From contig OZ024740.1 of assembly GCA_964016885.1 (NCBI GenBank), positions 331,514,001-331,578,000 of the forward strand: DNA of 64,000 bases, in the 5' to 3' direction. Positions 51,880 through 64,000 of the stretch are shown one piece after another. Numbering within the stretch: position 1 is the first letter of the stretch; every line of letters starts with the position of its first letter. Source of the stretch: Eledone cirrhosa (taxonomy: Eukaryota). The position numbers and the translations under genes were made by a program. The notes beneath the pieces were generated by a model. The model worked only from the letters and a program-made list of their open reading frames with translations, made no database searches and was not told where the DNA came from.

Positions 51880-51923
<44 letters not shown>

Positions 51924-54900
51924 CTCTCTATATATAGGAACATTTTTATCCCCGACGGCAGAGCTCGAGCCGTTTCGACGGCTATTTCTGGACTCAGAAA
52001 TAACCGTCGAAACGGCTTCAGCTCTGCCGTCGGAGTTAAGCATTTTCCTATTACCCACTCTACTACCCTAAGTATTGAGTACTCTGGGGCGATATGATTC
52101 ATCTGGTTCCTTACCACACCACCTTCGTCATATATATATATATGTATATATATATAGTATAACTGAACAAAAAAGAAAAACGAACACAGACATATGCATG
52201 TATGCGTTCAAATCGTAATGGACCAGAAACGCTAAGGTGAAAAAATATCTTCAACATATTACGGAATATTCTCACGTTTCACTGTAATACCTATACTCAT
52301 GGTTGATCATTTCAATCCCATTATATTAAATATAGTGAAAGGTCTCTATATATATCAAAATCATGTATTGAGTTAGAAACTCAAAATAGTCTCATTACAG
52401 TAAAATTAGCTCTAGTTCAGTTATACTATACGGCTCGGAATAACCTTTTTCCTAGAGCTAATTTTACTGTAATGAGACTATTTTGAGTTTCTAACTCAAT
52501 ACATGCTTTTGATATATATATATATATATATATATTCTTGAACTCTCTATCTTCCAATATCTCTCTATATATATATTGGAAGATAGAGAGTTCGAGAAAG
52601 AATTGAAAGGCCAGGAAAATGGATATTGGTTAGTGTTGGTGGAAGTCACTGTATGATCTTAGTAGTTCGAAGTTCTCTTTTGTCCTGTCTACACACCTTA
52701 TCCTATGGACAAATCTATTGGCCGTGCCTATGCCTGCGTAGATTCAATACTTACTGTCACTCACGTGTCGTACGTACGCATAATCAAAATAAGATTTATT
52801 GTAATCTTAGCTCCACATCCATCAGAAACACCTACGCCATCTAACTTGTTTCGATTTTCTCGATCCAACAAGAATTTCACATCAACGGCTTCAATGCATT
52901 GAGAACATATACCTTTTGTCACCTCTCTCTAATAACATAATTCTATGTGGCGTCAATATTACATTCATCTCTCACCGATGGCTAGAATGCCGAGACTGAA
53001 TTGTGTACAGTACTGAACACTCACCGCAAGCTCTACATGCATACTTGATAATACACAGACATTCCAAGTGCACTCGTTCTCAGCCTTACCATTGAAGCAA
53101 GGTTAATACAGACCATAAATCTCTCTGAACATTTTAGATTGTCCAATTACTGTTTTACTGCAGTGAAATGCCCGACACAGATCCGCGTAACCCTCAACTC
53201 CTTCAGAATCAGCGAGTTGTGTGGAGCCAACTCTCTCTGGCTGAGCATTCGCCCCATTTCTGTTAAATTCGAAATAAAGAGCCATGTGAATGTAACCATC
53301 AACTTATGCATTGCTCCCCTCTATACTCACATATTCTACTCGCTAGAAACATTCAATTCTTGAAGTCATCAAACTGCTGCACCTCAAGAATATAACACAA
53401 AGCCTATAATATCTGAATAAAATCACCGTTGCCCTAAATTTGTGCGACCTGCTCACTTGCTTGTTTATTGTTAAATAACTATCCGAACCACAAACAAGGC
53501 CTCAATGAATCACAGAACTCTGAAACTCTGCTGTCACCCAAACTACAGTCGATTCCTCTGCTCTTCTCCGAGAACGACCGTGCCTAAATTTGTACAATTT
53601 TGATAAGGATTCAGAAATTAGGGAGAAGAAAATTAATAATCTATCATGTTTGTATTTCTGACAGGCATTTTTACCTAATTCATTATCTGTGTATATCAGA
53701 GTATTCAACCTTATAGTTTAGAAAAGAAAGGATATTTATTTATATCGCAAGCATATATATATTTATTGTTGTTATACATTCTTGAAATTAGATTGATACG
53801 TATATATATATGTCACACAACAGCAAAAACGTTTATGTGATTATGTGATATCGTATGATAATGATTTCAAAATTAATTTAGTAAATGAAATCTGAATTAT
53901 GCTTTGAAATTAGATTATAATGCCAAGTTAATTAATGGAAGATTAGTTGTCAAAATTAACATCATGTTACACATTACTTTCGATTTTTGCCTATTGAATA
54001 TTTGCAGCCAATTAACACGAACTCTGAATAAAGTATTCATTTAATTTCGGGTTGATACTCCATAGAATTAAATTCAATATATATAATGTCAACCGTACGT
54101 AATCCCACAGAAATAATATCCAAATATCTTTCCAATGACACCCTACATCTCAGAAAATGTAAAACTAAATGATTAGCCCCTAACTTATCGGAATGTATGA
54201 AAAAAATGGAAAAGACGATGTTTCGACCTGGAATGGTTTGATCATATGTCTGCTTGATATAGTTTGGTGTGGAGCTATAAGCATATAATATATTGACTTG
54301 TCCTATCTTGTAAAAGAGGAACAATTGCAAATGTACGTCCCATTACATTTCTCAGTGTATATTTAATTATACACCTAGTTTACCCCAAGGATATATAACA
54401 ATATTGTCCGATCCACTTGCTGTTAAATGTATCAATATAATTTCGCATTTATTTATCAAGTCGTATTAGCTGCACGAAATTTATTAGATTATATTATCAA
54501 TTGAAACCGTATACACATTCCCAAATGGTTCTTGAGTTATTGATGTTGAACGTTTGGATTCTGATTGAATACATATTATAGAGAAACTTACATATATTTC
54601 TTCCGAATGATTGGTTGTTATACGCAGTAATGGAATGAAACATTCCAGAGAGAATAATAATAATACATATTACATATAAGTTAAGGATGTTACAATACTA
54701 ATACGTAAGCATACACAATCATTTATTTTATCTTTATCTAATTGTAAATATCTAGTATTGTGGAATGTGATATATTTTTGTACTTGTATTTTGATAGTGT
54801 ATTTTCTTTGGAAGTATGGAATATTGATACATATCGACATTTTTATTTTTTTACTAAATATTAATTTTCGTAATATTAGATGGATGAAAATATTTGGGAT

Positions 54901-57072
54901 TTTACTGCGATATAGAATATTGGCTGACAGGTGTCAAGCTCGATCAAATGAAATCAGTTCAGACATGTCTAACAAGTGCACTACTAGTACGGAAACGCTT
55001 ACAATAAATGACATTATGTATATATATATATATATATATAAAAAAAAATATATATATATATATATAAGGGGGAGGCGTGCGTGTGTGTATGTGCGTGTAC
55101 GTGCGTGTGTGTGTGTGTCTTAAATTTTCTGATTTTTAGATATCTTTTCAGTTTTCCTATTTACATTTTTTTTGCTGTTTAGTCAGGAAGAGTAGCCGTC
55201 ATCCTTCCAATATTCTGTAACTGACTCTGAAACTAATGCATGCACTGACTGAGAACAATGCACAAATAATTGCAACAGTTGAGACTGCTTATAACAAAGA
55301 ATAGCAAAATTGCGTTGATAAAATGACTGCCACTTTCAGTCTTTCACTCATTTAGGGAAAAAAAAAAGGAATCAGAAAAAAATACTTGAATGCTTCACGT
55401 CCGACGCTCTAGTTCTTCTGTTAACTAAGACTCTTCGATACATTTTCAGATCGAACCCGAAAGTCTGCAATTTATTTTGTCGTACGCTCGAGTAATTCTA
55501 GCATTCTCCACGAAGTATTCTGTTTGAAACTTTTCACAAAAAGAACATCTCAAAGAACTTCTTTACATATATTAGTGGGACCAGTAGAAGGTCCACATTG
55601 CATATATTTTTATTTGCTACGACTGGGCAATTCTCTCTATATGTAATAGTCGTTCGACTGATCAAGCAACCTGCAGGTGTAGAGTGGTTTGTTTGCCGTA
55701 ATTCAATTATTCCGAAACTTGTCCCTGGCTATCACCTTACCTGCTAAGATTCCTCTAAGTATATATTCTTTTGCGAAAACCAATACGAATTTCTTTACAC
55801 TATACCATTTAATTTGAGAGTCACTAACAACTACCAATTTTTATTTTTATTATATCTTGCTCAACTATGTTTGACTTTTAATTAGTTAAGATTTTGTGCA
55901 AACATCATAAGGTAGACTACGCCTTAAGTTATATATTCTTGAAAGTCAATTTGCTTTCATTCTTCTGGGATCTTGTGCACACATGGTAGCAACATTATGT
56001 TTACACAATCGAATTATCTTAATCCAAGTAAATATTTGATACTTTGCCAGCATAGGAAATCAATATTATGCTTCATATGACTCATATCATTTTCTTTCTA
56101 GCGTGGTGTAAGTAAAATGCTTCCTTTTCATGTTTTACACAATGACGAAAGTCATTGTATATGAAATATGCAGGCATTTCGAGGCGAATCAGATCGATAC
56201 AGTTTTTATTGATCCCCAGGTCAATGTTTAGAGAAGAGGAAAAAAGCAGGAAAGTATTGAAGTGAGTGAGGATCAGAAAATAGTTGTTAATGCGGATACT
56301 TTGGCAGAATCAGGAAACGTGCAGGTTAAAGAAGAAACATGCGTGTTGAGTCGCTTAGATGAGTGTGCTATTTAGTTAAATAGCATAATCGGAGTTGTAG
56401 TAGTAACAGAATAATATGCAAGCAATGCATAATGAGAACGTGGCTAGAATATTGAAGTAATGTCTTATAATGTGCTTGTAAGTGATATGGCCGATCAGTC
56501 GGATGATTATCATTTGTATATGCTTCTGTTGATAGAAATAGATACGACATCAATCGAAATCCGATGAGCTATATTACGTTTCTTTCTGAAGAGAAATGCT
56601 AGATTTTTAATACATAAGAAAATAAATTATGTACGTAACGGTCAGCACGAACGATAATTTGAATCTTTTATTTGTTAATTAAATATTTCTCAAATCTTAA
56701 ATTTGCAGATGCATTATAATTTTCTGAAAATAAATAGTGTCTATATAAACAGAAACATGGCAATATCTGCGTCAAATAATGTTTTTCCTGCATATTGTAT
56801 CATACTTCAATCAGCTCTTTGATATGATGACTAGCGCGTATTTATGTCACAGCAAAAATCGAACAATGATGTGTAAAGTGCCGGAAGACATGCTGAAGGA
56901 AATCACATCCATTTCTGTAACAATTCGATCAATGCAACACACAGCGTGGAATTTTATTTTATCCAATGTGACTGGATGAAAAGAAAAGTTGAGCTTGACT
57001 GAATTCAAATTCTGAGCAAAGCAAACAGAGACACACACTAAGTTACATACGTATTCCTACCTTCTAATGATG

Positions 57073-57118
<46 letters not shown>

Positions 57119-57125
<7 letters not shown>

Positions 57126-58291
57126 AGAGTTTACACTCAATGGGGTCATTTACAATTATTTTAGCTCTAAGAAACATTTCTGAGCAGTATAAATTAATAT
57201 ATGATAAACACTTACGTGTTTTTATTGTAATTGACAATAAAATAGCTAGAATGAAATATCTTAATTCAAATACATATAGTCCGCCTGTGTCGATCTAAAA
57301 AATAATAAATCAATACTCACAAACACATTCGGCAAAAGGCCTTGGTACCTAGACAACTTTAAATTTCAAAATTCAAACTTGTTCCGCAGATCAGTCCGAA
57401 CTTCAAAATTTAAACATGTTTCACAAAGGATGGTATAATAGTGAAATAATTAATTAATTAGTAGTGAAATAATTAACTTTCTATGTTTATCAATAGGTAC
57501 CCAGATAAATTAAGTAACTTCACCTCGGAAAAGTATCTAAGATCTGGTTAACGTAGCGAAAATACACGAGGTTTTGCACACGAATTATTCCAGTCCACTA
57601 GCCTTCCATACTCATAGTGCTAGAAATAACAGCCGTTTATATGGGATTACAAATTCAGCTCAACTGAGGGAGCAGTAATATAATATAATTTAGAGTTTAC
57701 ACTCAATGGGGTCATTTACAATTATTTTAGCTCTAAGAAACATTTCTGAGCAGTATAAATTAATATATGATAAACAATTACGTGTTTTTATTGTATTTCA
57801 CAATAAAATACCTAGAATGAAATATCTGAATTTGTAATCCCATATAAACGGCTGTTATTTCTAGCACTATGAGTATGGGAGGCTAGAGGACTGGAATAAT
57901 TCGTGTGCAAAACCTCGTGTATTTTCGCTACGTTAACCAGACCTTAGATATTTTTCCGAGGTGAAGTTACTTAATTTACTGGGTACCTATTGATAAATAC
58001 AGAAAATTAATTATTTCACTACTAATTAATTAATTATTTCACTATTATACCATCCTTTGTGAAACATGTTTAAATTTTGAAGTTCGGACTGATCTGCAGA
58101 AAAAGTTTGAATTTTGAAATTTAAACTTGTCTAGGTACCAAGGCCTTTTGCCGATATGTGTTTGTGAGTATTGATTTATTATTTTTTAGATCGACACAGG
58201 CAGACTATATGTATTTGAATTAAGATATTTCATTCTAGGTATTTTATTGTCAATTACAATAAAAACACGTAAGTGTTTATGTGTTTATCAT

Positions 58292-58304
<13 letters not shown>
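57119..58304. repeat. Complex direct-plus-inverted duplication between two (TA)n tracts
   Basis: 57119-57266 is repeated directly at 57685-57832. 57188-57658 is inverted at 57826-58304. Confidence 0.9.
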
Positions 58305-58368
<64 letters not shown>

Positions 58369-59034
58369 ATGTATGTATATGCGCTAACGCTGGAATTAAA
58401 GTATTGTGGAGATAGTCATAATGCAGGCACCAAATTATGCAATACTATACAAAACTATTCTGATATCATACCCATGTTAAACTACGAATAAAAATATTAT
58501 TCTAATGTGGTAGAGGACCTCTTGGCAATAAAACACGAGTAATGAGGATAAATTGGGAAGGAGAACAAATTTCAGTCTGCACGATGTAAGTTTTACGGAT
58601 GATAGTTTTATACTAGTAGGTAAAAGCTGATCAGTTAGTGGAAATGAGACAACGTTTATGGCTGTAGCAGCTGTCAACGTCACTAGATTTGTGACATTGT
58701 GTTAGTTCCTTAAGGTAGATTCATTTAATAGAAAAAATACTACTATTAAACTTAAAGTCATTAAATTTGTAACATAGAATAACTTCATGATTGGAATACA
58801 TTGAACGTTTGATTTAATTGCCACATATTTCATGATCACATTGACATTTACAACCGAGACAGATTTGGGTTGAGACTATAACATTCCATTACCATCTTCC
58901 ACAAAACTAAGTATAGCTTCAGTATTGATTTTTAAATATGCGCATTTCGGAAACATAGTATTGCTCAGTACGGTAAGGTCCATGGATTTTCTACATATAA
59001 TCATGTTATTGCTACGATTTAAGTACAAGAATGT

Positions 59035-59118
<84 letters not shown>

Positions 59119-59256
59119 ACATTCTTGTACTTAAATCGTAGCAATAACATGATTATATATATATATACATATAGAGGTTTGTGTATTTCAAAGTATTTGC
59201 TCGTGTAAAGAAGAACCACATACCTACACAAAATAGATTAACCAATGTTTCAAAAA

Positions 59257-60336
59257 ATCAAACTCGTTTTGAAACACGAAAGCATCAAAAGATCATATTC
59301 CATTACAAAAGATCCACAAAGATACAGTAATGGACTACAAATTTCAGAAGTCCCATTTACTGCTGAAATGGAAAACACAGAGAAAGCAAAGCTGGTAAAA
59401 GTAACTGCAAAGAAAGAACTGCTACAGAAACTGGCTAAGAAATGGCAAGAAAAGCCTCTGTATGGAAAATACCCAGAGCGAGTTAACAATCCTGATGTTG
59501 ACAAAACTTTAACCCATCAGTGGTTGGCATCCTCTGGACTGAAATCGGAGATTGAAGGACAAGATCAGTGTCTGCCAACAAAAAATTACCAAGCCAACAT
59601 AATAAAAAATGGATGCAGCCCATTATGCCGTGTATGCAAAAAACAACCAGAGACCATTGACCATATAATTTCAATGTGCAGTCCTATAGCTCCAACCGAA
59701 TACCTAAACAGGCATGACAGAGCTGCACAATACATACATTGGATAATGTGTAAGCATTTTGACCTGCCCCATCAAAAGAATTGGTGGGAGCATCAACCAC
59801 CTCCCATACTTGAAAAAGATCACATCTCAATCTTGTGGAACTTTAGCATCCAAAGAGACCGAAAAATAGATGCAAATAGACCTGATATAATATTGAAGGA
59901 CTTTAAAAATAGGGTATGCCTGCTAATTGATATGTCTGTTCCAACAGACAAGAATGTATCTATAAAAACATTTGAAAAATTGAGCAAGTATAAGGACCTG
60001 GAGATAGAAATTGGAAAAATGTGGAAATTGAGAACTAAAACAATACCAGTGGTTGTAGGCGCTCTGGAAATGATACCTAAGGGGTCTAATGATTACTTAT
60101 CGCAAATCCCAGGAAACCCGCGTATAGGAGAAATACAAAAGATAGTACTAATGGGAACTGCCCATATACTAAGGAAGATTCTGTCAATATAAGTACATCA
60201 CAAGTCTAAACACTAAAGATGCATGTGTGAGTATGTATGTTCTTTCTTGGACATGGCGCACCTTGTTGTCTCTTGAGGTCACTGGTTGTGACTTGGTGAT
60301 AACTCGTATGAACATTAAGATAAGATAAATGCAACT

Positions 60337-60378
<42 letters not shown>
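59257..60378 (+). mobile_element. R4/Dong-like family B copy 2 (5'-truncated) with (TAA)n tail
   Basis: Nearly identical to 9357-10460. ORF 59245-60192 carries the CCHC and RLE motifs. Confidence 0.92.
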
Positions 60379-60380
<2 letters not shown>

Positions 60381-62528
60381 CCGCATGTTCGACAACAATA
60401 GACAGAACTGCATGTTCGACAACAACCAGAAGATGCTGTTTGGACAGCTTGAAGGGAAAGAAAGAGGCAACGACTTGATCCCTGAGGCAGAACAAACTAA
60501 AACATTCTGGAGAGGAATATGGGAGCAGGATGTTAAACATAATGACCAGGCAGTGTGGATTGAGACAGTACAGAAGGAGATCAGTGAACAGGCACACCAA
60601 CAAACTGATTTGAGTATCACAGTTGAAACTCTTAAGGGGCAGGCCAGAAAACTAACCAACTGGAAATCACCTGGCCCAGATGCTGTGCAGGGGTATTGGA
60701 TTAAAAACATAACATCCCTCCGCCCGAAACTGACAACCATGTTCAATGACTGCTTGATGTCAGGTGAGGTACCAGAGTGGTTGACAAAAGGTACCACAGT
60801 TCTGATAATGAAAGACCGAATCAAGGGTAATGATGTTACCAACTATAGACCTATCACATGTCTGTCCGTAATGTGGAAACTGTTGACAGGCATTATGTCT
60901 GAGGAAATCTACCATCACCTCCACACAAAGAACTTGTTACCGGACGAACAGAAAGGATGCCGAAAGAAGTCACGTGGTACAAAGGACCAGTTACTTATTG
61001 ATAAGATGGTAATGAAGAATTGCAAGAGGAGACACACTGGTCTTGCCATGGGATGGATAGACTACAAAAAGGCATTTGACATGGTGCTTCATTCTTGGAT
61101 CACCAAAAGCCTGGAGATCTTCAAGGTGGCAGATAACATCAGACAGTTGTTGCGCAAAAGTATGAAGTCCTGGGAAACAGAGTTAACATCAACTGAGGAT
61201 TCCTTGGGAAGCGTGAAGATCAAGAGGGGTATCTTCCAGGGAGATAGTCTGTCCCCTCTGTTGTTTGTCCTTGCCCTGATGCTCCTGACCAGTGTACTGT
61301 GAAAAGTGAGAGCAGGATACAGGTTGGGAATGGGAGGGCTTACCATCAATCACCTCCACTTCATGGACGATCTTAAGCTCTTCGGGAAGAGTGAGAAGGA
61401 GTTGGATGTGTTTGTTGACACTGTCCGTATTTTCAGCAATGATATATGTATGCAATATGGTATTAGTAAGTGCGGAGTCATTGTGATGAGGAGGGGTAAG
61501 TTGAGCAGAAGTAACGGAATCCAGATACCAACAGGTGAGAGGATAAAAGAAATTGACTCTGAGGAAGGATACAAGTATTTGGGCGTTCTGGAGGCTGATG
61601 GCATCACGAACAAAAAAATGAATGAATTGATAAGAACTGAATACCTTCGGAGAGTAAGGAGCGTATTAAATTCACATCTGAACAGTAGGAATGTCATAAG
61701 TGCAGTACATTCCAGAGCTGTGTCTATTATTAGGTACAGTGCGGGAATTCTGAGATGGAATGTTGCTGAACAAAAAGAAATGGATAGGAAGACTAGGAAG
61801 CTATTGACTATCTACAATATGTTCCACAAGAGGAGTGATGTCGATAGACTCTACTTAAGGAGATCTGAGGGTGGAAGAGGTCTTATCAGCATAGAGGACT
61901 GTGTTCAGATGGAGAAAAACAACCTACAAAAATACGTGACTGATTGTAAGGAGCCAATGCTCAGAACTGTACTGAAGGAGGGGACAATAGGCGAGGGGAT
62001 GTCCAAGGAGGAAATAACATCAAGGAAAAAGAGCAGCCTTCAGGAAAAATCCCTTCATAGTACCTTCTTTGAGAAAACTGAATTTAGAGATCCACAGACA
62101 TGGAACTGGTTGAAAAGAGGAGACCTTAAAAAGGCTACAGAAGGAATGTTAATGGCTGCGCAGGAGCAGGCCCTCAAAACGAAGTGGTTGAAACACACCA
62201 TTTACAAGGAGGAGGCTAGCCCACTGTGCAGGATCTGTGGAGAGAAAGAGGAGACTGTGGCTCACATTGTATCCGAGTGTAAACAGCTAGCCTAGACTCA
62301 CTATGAGGGCTGGAGACATGATGTGATGGGCAGGGTGATCCACTGGCACCTATGCAAAGTAAACAATTTACCACATTCTGAGAAGTGGTATGATCATAAG
62401 CCAGAGGCGGTGATAAAAAACGATCAGGTGAAGGTGCTGTGGGATTTTAGGATACAGACGGACAAGAAACTGGAACACAATAGATCTGGCCTGGTGGTTT
62501 TGGACAAAGAAAAAAGATCGTGCCTGAG
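60378..62528 (+). mobile_element. R4/Dong-like family A copy 3 (5'- and 3'-truncated)
   Basis: Closely matches A1. Stops at 61300-61302 and 62293-62295. Ends abruptly in the RLE domain after KRSCL. Confidence 0.92.
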
Positions 62529-63025
62529 ATAATTTATTTTTTTATTTTGTTTCTGTTGTCGAGATAATTTATTTTTTATTTTGTTTCTGTTGTCGCTGTG
62601 GTGGTGGTGGTGGTGGTGGCGGCGGCTTCGACACCTGCAGTCATTGGTAATGGCGGGAAATGAATGTCCCCATGAGACAAATCTAAATTATTGTTACTGT
62701 TTATATTTTTAGTGTTGGCAAACGTAGTAATGTTTACAATGGTGGTGTTGGTGTGAGGTGTTAGTTTGTGAGGAAGGCTCTCAGCTACTTGGTGTAGCTG
62801 TGAATCGTCCATGATTTTTTCAAAGAAATTTTTTGGTTGATAATTATAAAAGTTTAAATTTTGGGCTCAAGGCTCCAATCTTTTTGAGTGTCCTTTTCCG
62901 AAATCAGATTTTGTGACGTTATAAATAGTTAACAACAAAAATTTTCCATAAATAGCAATTTGAAACAAACGGAAAACGACAAATTTGCGGAGCTCACGAT
63001 GATACGATTTCCTACGTAGGTCGCC

Positions 63026-63081
<56 letters not shown>

Positions 63082-63084
<3 letters not shown>

Positions 63085-64000
63085 GTGGTGGTAGAGTGTC
63101 ATGAAATCGCTCCCGTAAGTTTTTGAATTTTAACATATTTAAATCAATTGTGAAATAACAATTCTTAGTACAAATGATGCATAAACCACCGAATCAAGTC
63201 CCATAAAATTTTGGATCCATATTATATTGTTATATCGCTCAAATATTCAATTTTGTATTATATATTTTGTATTCAAAAAAGAAAATGGTTATAAATGGAA
63301 GAAAACACCCTCTGTCTACACTATATAGAACAGCCAAATAACAGCAATTTCACCAACACCAGAAACTTGATACACCACCTACCCCATCACACTAAATATA
63401 ACAGCCAGATAACGGCAATTTCACCACCACCACCACCAATCCCAGCATCATAATAATAATTACTATTATTATTGTCTCAAGTTTTAACAAAATGTTTAAT
63501 TCCGATATTACGGGAATATGTCAACACAATATATATTTAACATACGCGACACAAACTCATAGATACTACATATCACAAAACTCAGTAACGACAATGCCAT
63601 CGCCGCCACCACTCCATCCATCATTGCTATCACTATCCCATCACCGCCGCCACCACTCCTTCATTGCTACCACCACTATTCCCCTGTTAACTTAAGAAAG
63701 GGCAAGGTGGCGGTATCACTAGACAAGGAAGAGGCTAGCAAAAGATATAAATAGATTTACTTAGTGACCTGGCCACCGGCCAAACGTCAACAATCATCAA
63801 CAACTATGGCACTGCTGGCTCCCCCCCTTTCTCACCAACAATATAAAAAGCCCCAGCACCACCACCGACATAGCCAACAACAAAAACAGGCAACTTCAGC
63901 AAAAAGTATATTATATTATTGTAATGCACTGGGTGATTGCTGGCCTTGTGCCTGGAGTGGAGACAATTATTAATAATTTCATTCTTAAACCACGCAATGC
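63082..64000 (+). repeat. Unit U copy 3, preceded by (TAA)n 63027-63082 with no R4 element attached
   Basis: Colinear with ~6390-7309 up to the window edge. Confidence 0.85.

Larger units (their letters stand above)
46066..51880 (+). mobile_element. Near full-length L1/Tx1-clade LINE flanked by (TATC)n
   Basis: Two-ORF organisation. (TATC)n at ~45994-46065 and 51881-51923. AATAAA at 51871. Confidence 0.9.

Noticed and set aside
52900-56600. Possible host exons in relatively unique sequence
   Set aside because: No sustained ORF or recognisable motif. Small exons cannot be excluded without RNA-seq.

Overview
AT-rich, microsatellite-dense eukaryotic (animal) DNA with no host protein-coding gene that I can support. 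The SINE families and extreme microsatellite load suggest a cephalopod/octopus-like mollusc, but that is inference. The window is mostly retroelement debris. It holds five copies of two families (A, B) of restriction-like-endonuclease non-LTR retrotransposons (R4/Dong type) at (TAA)n, a near full-length L1/Tx1-type LINE between (TATC)n tracts, and a sister Tx1 fragment sitting in an R4 (TAA)n tail. It also holds a near-complete Naiad-type Penelope-like element (PLE) with three hammerhead ribozyme motifs in direct and inverted pseudo-LTRs, and a second, rearranged Naiad. Smaller items are RTE and mariner-like remnants, a non-autonomous Helitron and about 15 tRNA-SINE copies. The most interesting signals are (i) apparent partitioning of microsatellite types among element classes, (ii) a recurring class of short foldback elements at (TA)n, several carrying hammerhead-like cores, and (iii) a dense, pseudoknot-capable 5' leader on R4 family B. 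All alignments and folds were done by eye, so boundaries are approximate.
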